Shown here: one piece after another, positions 56,116 to 64,000 of the stretch
Position numbering within the stretch: the stretch's first letter is position 1
Layout of the letters: each line of letters begins with the position of its first letter
Source of the DNA: an uncultured Planctomycetota bacterium
GTDB taxonomy: Bacteria > Planctomycetota > Phycisphaerae > Sedimentisphaerales > UBA12454
Direction of reading: 5' to 3'
Length of the DNA: 64,000 nucleotides
Assembly (NCBI GenBank): GCA_903847315.1
Contig: CAINDG010000041.1
Location: 30,285-94,284 of the forward strand
The notes under the pieces: generated by a model
Told to the model about the DNA's origin: nothing
The model's database searches: none
What the model saw: the letters and a program-made list of their open reading frames with translations, nothing else
Translations under genes and position numbers: made by a program

Positions 56116-56676
56116 ATGGTTAGAAAAACCTGGATTACAATTGGATGTTGTGTTGCCCTGATTGCGGTACTGTGCGCAGTAACGTATGCCGAAAAGGACA
56201 AAAAGGAATGTTCGCTCACGGCAGCGGTTCAAGCGGCAGTAAAGGCTCTTTTTCCAAATGCTGTGATTGACAAGTGCAAGATGGATGAAGAAGAGATGAA
56301 AATGTGTGAAGTTAAAGTAAAAGACGGCAACAATGAGTCAGAGGTAAAACTTTCAGCCGATGGTATGGTTGCAGAAGTTGAAACAGTTGAGACCCTGGAT
56401 AGTTTGCCGGCAGCAGTCGCGCAGACTTTCAAGTCGCAGGGCACAGAAGTGACCAAGATTAAAAAGGGTGTTGAGTATGCCCAGTTAAAACTGGTAAAAC
56501 TTGATACGCCTATAACCACTTACGAAGGAAAAATCAGCAAAGACGGCAAAACAATAGAGATTAAGGTTGCCGCCGATGGCACAATTATAAAACAGGAAAC
56601 CGAGAAAAAGGGTCACGACAAAGACGATGATAATGGAAAAGATGACGATGACAAGGGCGAACACGAAAAAGATTAA
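56116..56676 (+). CDS. Secreted PepSY-like protein with an Asp/Lys-rich tail
   Basis: ATG at 56116 after AAGGAG. It has a signal peptide and two repeats of a beta-rich module. The tail is GHDKDDDNGKDDDDKGEHEKD. Confidence 0.5.
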   Translation: MVRKTWITIGCCVALIAVLCAVTYAEKDKKECSLTAAVQAAVKALFPNAVIDKCKMDEEEMKMCEVKVKDGNNESEVKLSADGMVAEVETVETLDSLPAAVAQTFKSQGTEVTKIKKGVEYAQLKLVKLDTPITTYEGKISKDGKTIEIKVAADGTIIKQETEKKGHDKDDDNGKDDDDKGEHEKD

Positions 56677-56698
56677 GTTTACTTTTGTTTAACTATTC

Positions 56699-56737
56699 AG
56701 ACGCTGCCGAGATATAATCGGCAGCGTCTTTATTTTG
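56699..56737 (+). terminator. Rho-independent terminator
   Basis: AGACGCTGCCGA-GATATAA-TCGGCAGCGTCT followed by TTATTTT. Confidence 0.65.
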
Positions 56738-56747
56738 GATTATCATA

Positions 56748-57422
56748 ATGCGAATATTGCTTATAGAAGATTATATGCCTTTGCAAAAGTCTCTGGCGAA
56801 AGGATTGCGGGAGGCTGATTTTGCCGTAGATGTCAGCGGCGACGGCAAAGAAGGCCTGTGGTATGCGATGTCGAACGATTATGATGTGATAATCCTCGAT
56901 TTGATGATTCCGAAACTTGACGGGCTGAGCGTTCTTAAGCAGCTCAGAGAGAAAAATAAAAACAATCACGTATTGATACTTACCGCCAAAGACACTGTCG
57001 AAGACCGCATAAAAGGGCTGGATTTGGGCGCTGATGATTATCTTGTCAAGCCGTTTGCGTTCGACGAGCTTCTGGCAAGATTGAGAGCGCTGACTCGCCG
57101 CAGATATGAACATAAATGCCCGGATATAAAAGTAAACGACCTGTGTATAGATACAGTTGCGCACAGGGTATGGCTGAAGGACGAAGAAATTATTCTTACG
57201 TCGCGCGAATATATGCTTCTTGAATATCTCGCAAGACGCGCCGGCGAGGTTGTTTCGCGTTCGGATATATGGGAACACATTTACGAATTTAACTCGGAAG
57301 CGTCGAGCAACGTCGTGGACGTTTATATCGGGTATCTGCGGAAGAAAATCGACAAAGACTTTAAATCGCCGATGCTGCGCACGGTGCGCGGACAGGGATA
57401 TATTCTCGGAGGGCAGCCTTGA
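56748..57422 (+). CDS. OmpR-family response regulator
   Basis: MRILLIEDY, DVIILDLMIPKLDG, a winged-helix C-terminus, and RTVRGQGY. Confidence 0.9.
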   Translation: MRILLIEDYMPLQKSLAKGLREADFAVDVSGDGKEGLWYAMSNDYDVIILDLMIPKLDGLSVLKQLREKNKNNHVLILTAKDTVEDRIKGLDLGADDYLVKPFAFDELLARLRALTRRRYEHKCPDIKVNDLCIDTVAHRVWLKDEEIILTSREYMLLEYLARRAGEVVSRSDIWEHIYEFNSEASSNVVDVYIGYLRKKIDKDFKSPMLRTVRGQGYILGGQP

Positions 57423-58831
57423 CGCAGTCGCTTAAATCACGATTGATGTACGGTATGATTACCGGTATGACGGTGCTGCTGATGGGTTTCGACCTCATTA
57501 TTTATCATTCAATTAGTCGTGAACTGTTTAATCAATTCGACTCATCGCTCGAATCAGCGGCAAACCTGCTGTCCGCATCGGTTGAACAGGACGATAAAGA
57601 TAATAAATTTGATTTCGAATTTAATATTGAAAGAATACCCACATTTACCGACGGCAAAAAACCGGCCTACTACGAACTCCGGAGCGGCGACGGGACTGTA
57701 ATTAAAAAATCTCCATCTCTCGACGGCGATGACCTTATAATGTTTGAGGCCGCGAATAAATCTCATACTTTCAAATCATTCGTGATGAAAAACGGCCGTC
57801 CTGTTCGTGCTGTTGCAATAAATTTTCTGCCGCACTTTGAAGACGACCCGAACGCAGCGAGCCTTTCACAGCCGCTCATTCTGACAGTGGCTTATGACGC
57901 CGGTCATTTACTGTCGCATCTGCGATTTTTGAAATATCTTTTATCTATCACCTCGGCAGGCATTCTCATTCTTGCTTATGCTGTTGCGCAGGTTGTAGTA
58001 AGCCGCGGTCTTTTGCCGCTTTGCGCAATCGCCGCACAAATCGACGGCATTAACGAAGACAACCTTAAAAACCGCATCGCCGGCGAAAATCTGCCTGCTG
58101 AAATCGTACCAATACAAAGACAGCTTAATAATTTGCTGGCAAAACTGGAAGCTTCGCTCGAACGTGAAAGAGCGTTCAATACAAATGTGGCGCATGAACT
58201 CCGTACGCCTCTGGCGGGCATACGGTCAATAATTGATGTAACGCTCACTCGCGACCGTAATGCCGCCGAGTATCGCTCCGCGTTATCCGAGACTCTTGCG
58301 GTAATTAATGACATCCAGACAATGGTCACCAAACTGCTCGAGCTGGCAAGAACTGCAAACGGACGAATGGTATTCAATGCCGAGCAGATAAAACCGGCTG
58401 AACTGGCCGATAAATGCTGGCAGCCGTTTTCCGGCAAAGCCGCCGAAGCCAAAATTGTTTTTGAGAATCGCATCAACAAAAATCTTGTATGGAAATCGGA
58501 TGCGACTGCACTATCGATAATATTTTCAAATCTTCTTAATAATGCCGCTGAATATACGAACCCCGGCGGGAAAATACAGATAACTTCTCAAAAAATCAAT
58601 ACCGGTATTGAGATAATTTTCAAAAATACCAGCAGTCAGCTTACCGAACAGCAGGCCGAAACAGTGTTTGACTGCTACTGGCGGGCTGATGCGTCGCGGA
58701 GCGGTACAGGCACTCATTTTGGTCTTGGCCTGGCACTGGTTAAGCAGCTTACCGAACTGCTGGGCGGGAAAATTCGAGCGGCTGTTTCAGATGATTTATT
58801 CAGCATTCATATCTGTCTGCCGCTCGCATAA
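57419..58831 (+). CDS. Sensor histidine kinase (two TM segments, HAMP, HisKA, HATPase)
   Basis: The H-box is AHELRTPLAGI and the N-box is LLNNAAEYT. The G-box is GLGLALVKQL. It overlaps the regulator gene by 4 nt. Confidence 0.85.
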   Translation: MTQSLKSRLMYGMITGMTVLLMGFDLIIYHSISRELFNQFDSSLESAANLLSASVEQDDKDNKFDFEFNIERIPTFTDGKKPAYYELRSGDGTVIKKSPSLDGDDLIMFEAANKSHTFKSFVMKNGRPVRAVAINFLPHFEDDPNAASLSQPLILTVAYDAGHLLSHLRFLKYLLSITSAGILILAYAVAQVVVSRGLLPLCAIAAQIDGINEDNLKNRIAGENLPAEIVPIQRQLNNLLAKLEASLERERAFNTNVAHELRTPLAGIRSIIDVTLTRDRNAAEYRSALSETLAVINDIQTMVTKLLELARTANGRMVFNAEQIKPAELADKCWQPFSGKAAEAKIVFENRINKNLVWKSDATALSIIFSNLLNNAAEYTNPGGKIQITSQKINTGIEIIFKNTSSQLTEQQAETVFDCYWRADASRSGTGTHFGLGLALVKQLTELLGGKIRAAVSDDLFSIHICLPLA

Positions 58832-58935
58832 AGCGGCTGCGAGAATCCCCATATTTTTTTCTACCATTACCAGTTTCTCAAAGTACACTATTATATAAGC
58901 AAAACGGCTTACTTCAAAATGAAAGGGATTTTATA

Positions 58936-59589
58936 ATGCTCTCATTTCTGAAACGTATTCATCCCGAGTCGATTCCCTGGCCGGGTTCGGTGTTCTATAA
59001 CGCGTTAAGCTCAACCGTGATATTCCAGCGTCATTACGAAATGGCCGCCGATGATATATTAAGCTATTGTAAACAGGGCTCTCTTTTAGATGTAGGCACG
59101 GGACCAGCCAGATTATTATTGAAACTTCATCAGAAAGTTCCGCAGATGAAATTAGTCGGCATCGATTCTTCGCCTGCGATGGTAGTCAAGGCAAAAGAAA
59201 ATACAGCCGGCGTAGAATCTATCGAGATTAAAGAAGGCAACGCCGACAAGATTCCGTTTGACGATAATTGTTTCGATATAGTCGTCAGCACCGTTTCGAT
59301 GCATCACTGGAAACATCCGGTTGCCGGCTTAAATGAAGTTTACCGGGTTCTCAAAACAGGCGGCTTTGCCCTGGTTTACGACCTTGTAAGCGATACGCCA
59401 CAGTCCATACTTGCAGATTGCAGACGCGAATTTGGAAAGTTTAAAACAACGTTGTTTTGGCTGCATAGTTTTGAGGAGCCGTTTTACAGCCAGAAAAGTT
59501 TTCAAGCACTGATTCAATCTACATTGTTTGGGAATTGTCAGACTAAATTTCTGGGACTTATGTATTGTTTGATATTAAAAAAAGGATAA
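58936..59589 (+). CDS. Class I SAM-dependent methyltransferase
   Basis: Motif I is LLDVGTGPA and the post-I motif is LVGIDSS. Also present are FDIVVSTVSMHHW and VLKTGG. Confidence 0.8.
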   Translation: MLSFLKRIHPESIPWPGSVFYNALSSTVIFQRHYEMAADDILSYCKQGSLLDVGTGPARLLLKLHQKVPQMKLVGIDSSPAMVVKAKENTAGVESIEIKEGNADKIPFDDNCFDIVVSTVSMHHWKHPVAGLNEVYRVLKTGGFALVYDLVSDTPQSILADCRREFGKFKTTLFWLHSFEEPFYSQKSFQALIQSTLFGNCQTKFLGLMYCLILKKG

Positions 59590-59592
59590 TGT

Positions 59593-61236
59593 TTACTGTG
59601 CCTGTTGCGGTTTGAGTGTAAAAATATAATATTGTTCCGGTTCGACTCCTCCGGCGGCGTAAGGAAGCGGCCCCCATATATTCGCGTAAAATCCGGCGCC
59701 CAGAACATTATTCATAGTCGCCAGTTGCCGACAGGGAGCGAACTGTAAAACCTTGCCGAGAGACACTGATTCTTTCGGGAAAAACCTTGTATTGGTATTA
59801 TTCGATGGAATGACAATAATATCTTCCAGCCCGAATTTCACATCTTTAAAATCGATAGCTTTACCGCCCGCGGCCTCCATATAATATTGAAATCCCCAAT
59901 GTCCCTCAAACCATACAGTTCGGCTGGTGCGCTCGAATGATTTACAAATATCCGCTGCCGCACAGCGCGCGGTATCGGCCCAGGAGTAATCCGCCCAGCA
60001 AACCAGCAGGGACACAATTGCCGCCGGAATCAGCGGCCAGACTGCCAGCCGAACTTTAGATTGTTTGACTTGTTTGGCGGTTTTATCTTTATATCGTTCA
60101 ATTCGCCGCATCAGTATAATTCCCACCGCCGGTGTCATAGGAAGAATGCTGCGGGCGTTAATCGTCCAGTTTATAAAACTGGCAAAGATAAAAGTTCCAA
60201 ACACCCAAAGTAGCAGAAGCAGCGACTCGGCGTTTCTGCTTTTCCAGAAATCTTCGCCGGCCAGCCAAAGGATACTAACCCCTGTCGCAGCCATTAAACC
60301 GGCCTGGACAAGAGAAGCCCATTTGATTCCGTCGGTGTCAGGTACTATTTTTGCCGCAAAGCCGATGAATACGAATAAAATCGCCAGACCGATACCGCCA
60401 ATCAGGACCCGTCTCGACCAGAGCAGCGGACTGTAGAATAACGCCGTTATTATGCACCCGCCGGTGAAAGACAAACCGATTAACCCTTTAAGGAATAATG
60501 TTGAAATTCGTGTTCCGCCGTTCTCGATGGCATAGGCAGCCACATCCATCGCCCATCCGCGTCCGTAAAGACTGTGCGTTACCCATTGATACCACGCCAG
60601 AATCGCTATCGGCACCAGCAACAGCAGCGTCCAGACTCCGGGTCTGCGTTTTTGCATAATGGCGTAGGCCAGCAATAAAGGCAGCAGGGTTATTCCGAAA
60701 TATTTTGTCAGGGCGCAAAACGCAGCCAGCACAGCCGCGAAAAATAAACTGGAATTTTTATTTTTCTCAATTCCTTCCATCCACAGGAATACCGCCCACA
60801 CCCAAAACGCCAGCGTCATCGTATCGCACATTATATTAGTGCTCGAAACGAGAAAGCCCGGCGTCAGCACTGCCGCAAGCGAGGCTTGTATTGGTCTTGA
60901 GCAAAACTTTCCCGCCAGATAATAAACGCCTAAAGCCGCTAAAGCGGCAGGAATAAGAAATGCGATATGCAGGGCAATTTCGCTCCAGCCGAATAGCGCC
61001 GCCGCCAGGGCGATATAATAACAGGCAAGCGGCGGATTTTTGGTAACTTCAGCCATCGGCATATTAATGCCGTACCAGTTAACGGAAAAACCGTAGAAGT
61101 CTGCCGGATGGGCTTGTATTTGTTTTGCCGCCCAGATGAATAAAGTGTCGTCAATATGAAACGCCTTATTGGCGAATGGAATCAGACAGAGGATAGTAAC
61201 AGCCGCGGGAATTATCGCCGCTTTATAATTACGCAT
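59593..61236 (-). CDS. GT-C fold glycosyltransferase (ArnT/PMT-like, GT39/GT83-type)
   Basis: 547 aa with about 12 TM segments. An early FHIDDTLF (DxD-like) loop motif is typical of the family. Confidence 0.7.
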   Translation of the reverse strand: MRNYKAAIIPAAVTILCLIPFANKAFHIDDTLFIWAAKQIQAHPADFYGFSVNWYGINMPMAEVTKNPPLACYYIALAAALFGWSEIALHIAFLIPAALAALGVYYLAGKFCSRPIQASLAAVLTPGFLVSSTNIMCDTMTLAFWVWAVFLWMEGIEKNKNSSLFFAAVLAAFCALTKYFGITLLPLLLAYAIMQKRRPGVWTLLLLVPIAILAWYQWVTHSLYGRGWAMDVAAYAIENGGTRISTLFLKGLIGLSFTGGCIITALFYSPLLWSRRVLIGGIGLAILFVFIGFAAKIVPDTDGIKWASLVQAGLMAATGVSILWLAGEDFWKSRNAESLLLLLWVFGTFIFASFINWTINARSILPMTPAVGIILMRRIERYKDKTAKQVKQSKVRLAVWPLIPAAIVSLLVCWADYSWADTARCAAADICKSFERTSRTVWFEGHWGFQYYMEAAGGKAIDFKDVKFGLEDIIVIPSNNTNTRFFPKESVSLGKVLQFAPCRQLATMNNVLGAGFYANIWGPLPYAAGGVEPEQYYIFTLKPQQAQ

Positions 61237-61350
61237 TATCGTACCAGCCTTTTCGTTTTCAATTGCCTCAACATCCTAAGCAGCAGTATAGGCGATTATT
61301 AGTCAAAAGCAAGGATTTTCGGCTGTTGTCGCCGTAGGAAAACGCAAAAA

Positions 61351-63423
61351 TTATTTTTTTGTATTTTCGGCGCCCTGCGGTTTTTGTTTTTCCGCCAGAA
61401 CTGCTTTAAGATTGTTTTTCGCGTTTGTGTAATTAGGGTCGATTTGAATGGCTTTGTTAAAATGCGAGATGGCATCGTCTAATTTTTTCTGCTGGAAAAG
61501 TACAACGCCGAAATCGTTGTGAGCGACGGCGTTTTGCGGCTGGATGCGCAGGATTGCCTCATATTCTTTTACCGCCTGCGCGAGTTTGCCGCTGCTTGTC
61601 AGGGCCAGTCCAAGATTAAGACGTACCTCGACAAGGTCGGGAGCTATTTGCAGGGCTTTATTGTAAAGCGAAATTGCCTCGTCGTTTTTCCCGGCATGCG
61701 CCAGGGCGTAGCCAAGCCCGTTCAGAACGACGGGCTCGTTTGGCATCCCCGAAAGGGCTTTGCGATACTCCATAATGGCCTCATCGAACCGGCCGAGATT
61801 TAACAGCGAATAGCCGAAATCCTTGTGTATGCGCGGGGTATCCATTTTTTGAATTGCGACTTTGTAATATTCAACGGCCCGTGCGAAATCGCCTCTTGTC
61901 GCCATAATGACGCCGAGATTGGCATTGGTCTCAGCGGCACGCGGATTTATTTCGAGCGCCTTTTTATACCAAACGACAGCCTCGTCGATTTTTCCCGCTC
62001 CGCACAGTGCGACTCCGAGACTGTTGATAGCGTTAATGTAATCGGGTTTGATTCGAATAGCATCGAGGTTATGCTCAATCGCCTCGTCTATGCGGCCCTG
62101 CTCCATCAGCTCTTCGGTCATACAGAAATGAGCGTGGTAATTATTTTCCGTTACTTTTATAGCATGCTCGCCGAGCGTTATACTGTCTTTCCAGCTTTGC
62201 GTCTGGCGATATGTACATACAGCCAGCGCGGCCAAAACTATCAGCGAAGATATCCAAAGCACATTCTTTCGTTGAGGCGCCGCCGAAAGCCATTTTGCCA
62301 GCAAGTCCGGCAATCCCCATGCGATAATAATAAATAAACCCGTCAGAGTAATATAACTGTAACGGTCAGCCATAGACTGTTCGCCGACCTGAACCAAACC
62401 GATGACAGGCACAAGCGTTCCGAGATACCAGAGCCAGCCCGTAACGAGATATTTGCGGTTCCTGGCGAATCGAAATATAACAATTGTTACAATCAGCAGC
62501 AAAACGGCTGATATTACTGCATAAGGAACTGATACACTGCTGCCGGGGTGCGGATAAAACATCGCCAGTTTGGCCGGCCAAACCATTTTGACAATATATT
62601 GTATATAAGAAATAAGGGCATTGGCCAGCCGAATAGAAAAATCATACCTGTCGCCTATCCGCATCGTTCCGCCTTTTTTCTGAACGATGTAAGTAACTAT
62701 GCTCGATATCAGTACCATCGCAAACAGCGGAATCTTCTCGATGAATAAATAGGCAAATGAATATTTTGCACCTGCCTTTTTATTTTTCGCAATATTTGGG
62801 TTGCCCAATCTGTCCAAAGGCCAATAATCCAAAAGCAAAAGCACAAAAGGCAAAGTAACCAGCATAGGTTTCGACATCAGACCCAATGCGAAAAATACGA
62901 CTACTAATAAATAACTGGAAATTTTCTGACGACTGACGAAACGAACATAAGCCCACATCGTAAGGAGCCAGAAAAAAGTGCTTAACACGTCTTTGCGTTC
63001 AGCGACCCAGGCAACTGAATCGACGTGCAGCGGATGAAGGGCAAACAAAGCGGCTACAAATGCGCTTGGCCAAATCGCATTTGTCATTTTCCTGAAAACA
63101 AAAAACAGCAGAAGTATATTTGCTATGTGAAAGGCCAGACTGACCAAATGATGGCCGCCCGCATTGGAGCCGAACATCTGCCAGTCGAGCGTATGTGAAA
63201 GCCATGTTACAGGATGCCAGTTGGCCGCGTAACCGGTAGTAAGAGCCCATTTGATAGTTTCAGGCGTAATGCCGGCCTGGATGTGCGGATTTTTATAGAC
63301 GTAATCCGGGTCGTCGTAATTAACAAACGCAAAACCGTGTACCTGGTAAAAAACGGCAAAAGTAATCAGTGCCAGAGCCAGGCATATCAAAAAACCACGA
63401 TATTTGGTTATCAGGTTATTCAT
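61351..63423 (-). CDS. TMTC-like membrane glycosyltransferase (DUF1736-type N-terminal domain plus about 8 TPR repeats)
   Basis: 690 aa. The N-terminal polytopic domain carries FVNYDDPDYV and HLVSLAFH motifs. The C-terminal half consists of canonical TPR units. Confidence 0.7.
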   Translation of the reverse strand: MNNLITKYRGFLICLALALITFAVFYQVHGFAFVNYDDPDYVYKNPHIQAGITPETIKWALTTGYAANWHPVTWLSHTLDWQMFGSNAGGHHLVSLAFHIANILLLFFVFRKMTNAIWPSAFVAALFALHPLHVDSVAWVAERKDVLSTFFWLLTMWAYVRFVSRQKISSYLLVVVFFALGLMSKPMLVTLPFVLLLLDYWPLDRLGNPNIAKNKKAGAKYSFAYLFIEKIPLFAMVLISSIVTYIVQKKGGTMRIGDRYDFSIRLANALISYIQYIVKMVWPAKLAMFYPHPGSSVSVPYAVISAVLLLIVTIVIFRFARNRKYLVTGWLWYLGTLVPVIGLVQVGEQSMADRYSYITLTGLFIIIAWGLPDLLAKWLSAAPQRKNVLWISSLIVLAALAVCTYRQTQSWKDSITLGEHAIKVTENNYHAHFCMTEELMEQGRIDEAIEHNLDAIRIKPDYINAINSLGVALCGAGKIDEAVVWYKKALEINPRAAETNANLGVIMATRGDFARAVEYYKVAIQKMDTPRIHKDFGYSLLNLGRFDEAIMEYRKALSGMPNEPVVLNGLGYALAHAGKNDEAISLYNKALQIAPDLVEVRLNLGLALTSSGKLAQAVKEYEAILRIQPQNAVAHNDFGVVLFQQKKLDDAISHFNKAIQIDPNYTNAKNNLKAVLAEKQKPQGAENTKK

Positions 63424-63479
63424 TATTGGTAAAATTTAGTTTATTATCATTCGTATTGTCAAGAATGAACTAAAAAGGT

Positions 63480-64000
63480 TTATTTCGTTTCGATATAGGG
63501 TTTGCCCGCCTTGAACAAAACCACCCGGCTTTCAATTTCCTTTTTAAGCGTCTCTTGTTTGCCGGATTGGCACAACTCAATCGCTTTTTCAGTGGTTTCT
63601 ATGGCCTTGCCGAAGTCGCCCGCCGCGGCATAAGAGACAGCCAGTGTATCCAGCAGCTCCGGGCTATTATAATCGGTAAGTTCGCAGGCCCGCAAAGCAA
63701 GTTTGATTGCCTTGCCAGGATTGCCGGCGGCAGTTTTACCGCTTGTTGCCAGAAGCCATGCCAAACTGTTCATAGGGTCAATCCAGTCAGGCTCCAGTCG
63801 CAGCGCCTCCTCGAAATGCTGAATGGCCCGGTCAGTATTGCCTTGGCGGGCCAGGGCTCGGCCCATATTTGCGTGGGCTTCGGCAGAATCCGGTTTTATA
63901 CGTAAAGCTTCGTCGAGACATTTGACGGCCTCGTTGTCCCTGCCGAGGCTAAGCAAAACAATGGCCAGTCCGATCCTTGCCTTAATATAAGTAGGTTTGA
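63480..64000 (-). CDS. TPR repeat protein, C-terminal part; the gene continues past the right edge
   Basis: The frame stays open upstream of the track TTG at 63956 through position 64000 (…KPTYIKARIGLAIVLLSLGRDNEAV…). TPR units are present throughout. Confidence 0.6.
   Translation of the reverse strand, partial: KPTYIKARIGLAIVLLSLGRDNEAVKCLDEALRIKPDSAEAHANMGRALARQGNTDRAIQHFEEALRLEPDWIDPMNSLAWLLATSGKTAAGNPGKAIKLALRACELTDYNSPELLDTLAVSYAAAGDFGKAIETTEKAIELCQSGKQETLKKEIESRVVLFKAGKPYIETK

Overview
This is a gene-dense, about 64 kb chromosomal segment with roughly 65 protein genes. I found no rRNA, tRNA, CRISPR array, integrase or transposase. The gene content points to an anaerobic bacterium, tentatively of the PVC/Planctomycetota-like group. 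Supporting genes are rubrerythrin, a flavodiiron protein, Tpx, PerR, hyp maturation genes, a Minf_1886-type protein, an IPTL-CTERM/exosortase pair, and TMTC-like GT-C enzymes. This taxonomic call is inference only.

The housekeeping backbone includes:
- a GH57/GT4/debranching glycogen cluster
- a large multi-PAS histidine kinase
- csrA and a cold-shock protein
- tmk-holB-PSP1-metG
- thyX and a homocysteine methyltransferase/MTHFR fusion
- accBC
- trpEGDFBA
- ahcY-archease-rtcB
- an ECF sigma/anti-sigma pair
- lysA and hypBAED
- an oxidative-stress block (Fur/PerR-like regulator, rubrerythrin, tpx, flavodiiron protein)
- an OmpR/HK two-component pair
- GT-C glycosyltransferases with TPR proteins

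Accessory or unusual content:
1. An AT-rich three-gene cassette at 16.1-17.6 kb encodes a small helical protein, an XRE HTH protein and a compact SIR2_2-like protein. Its right edge coincides with the truncation point of an HNH-AP2 pseudogene. This is my best candidate for an undescribed NADase-type defence or toxin module.
2. An AT-rich single gene after metG encodes a zinc ribbon plus a deoxyribosyltransferase/TIR-like Rossmann domain.
3. A textbook ribosome-mediated trp attenuator has a 17-aa leader peptide containing Trp-Trp-Trp.
4. A family of about 75-nt hairpin repeats brackets a GIY-YIG gene and donates stop codons to neighbouring genes.
5. A singlet bacterial histone-fold protein has a Lys-rich tail.
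6. An exosortase-family gene lies next to an IPTL-CTERM substrate.

All calls come from reading the sequence and the supplied ORF translations. No database searches were run.
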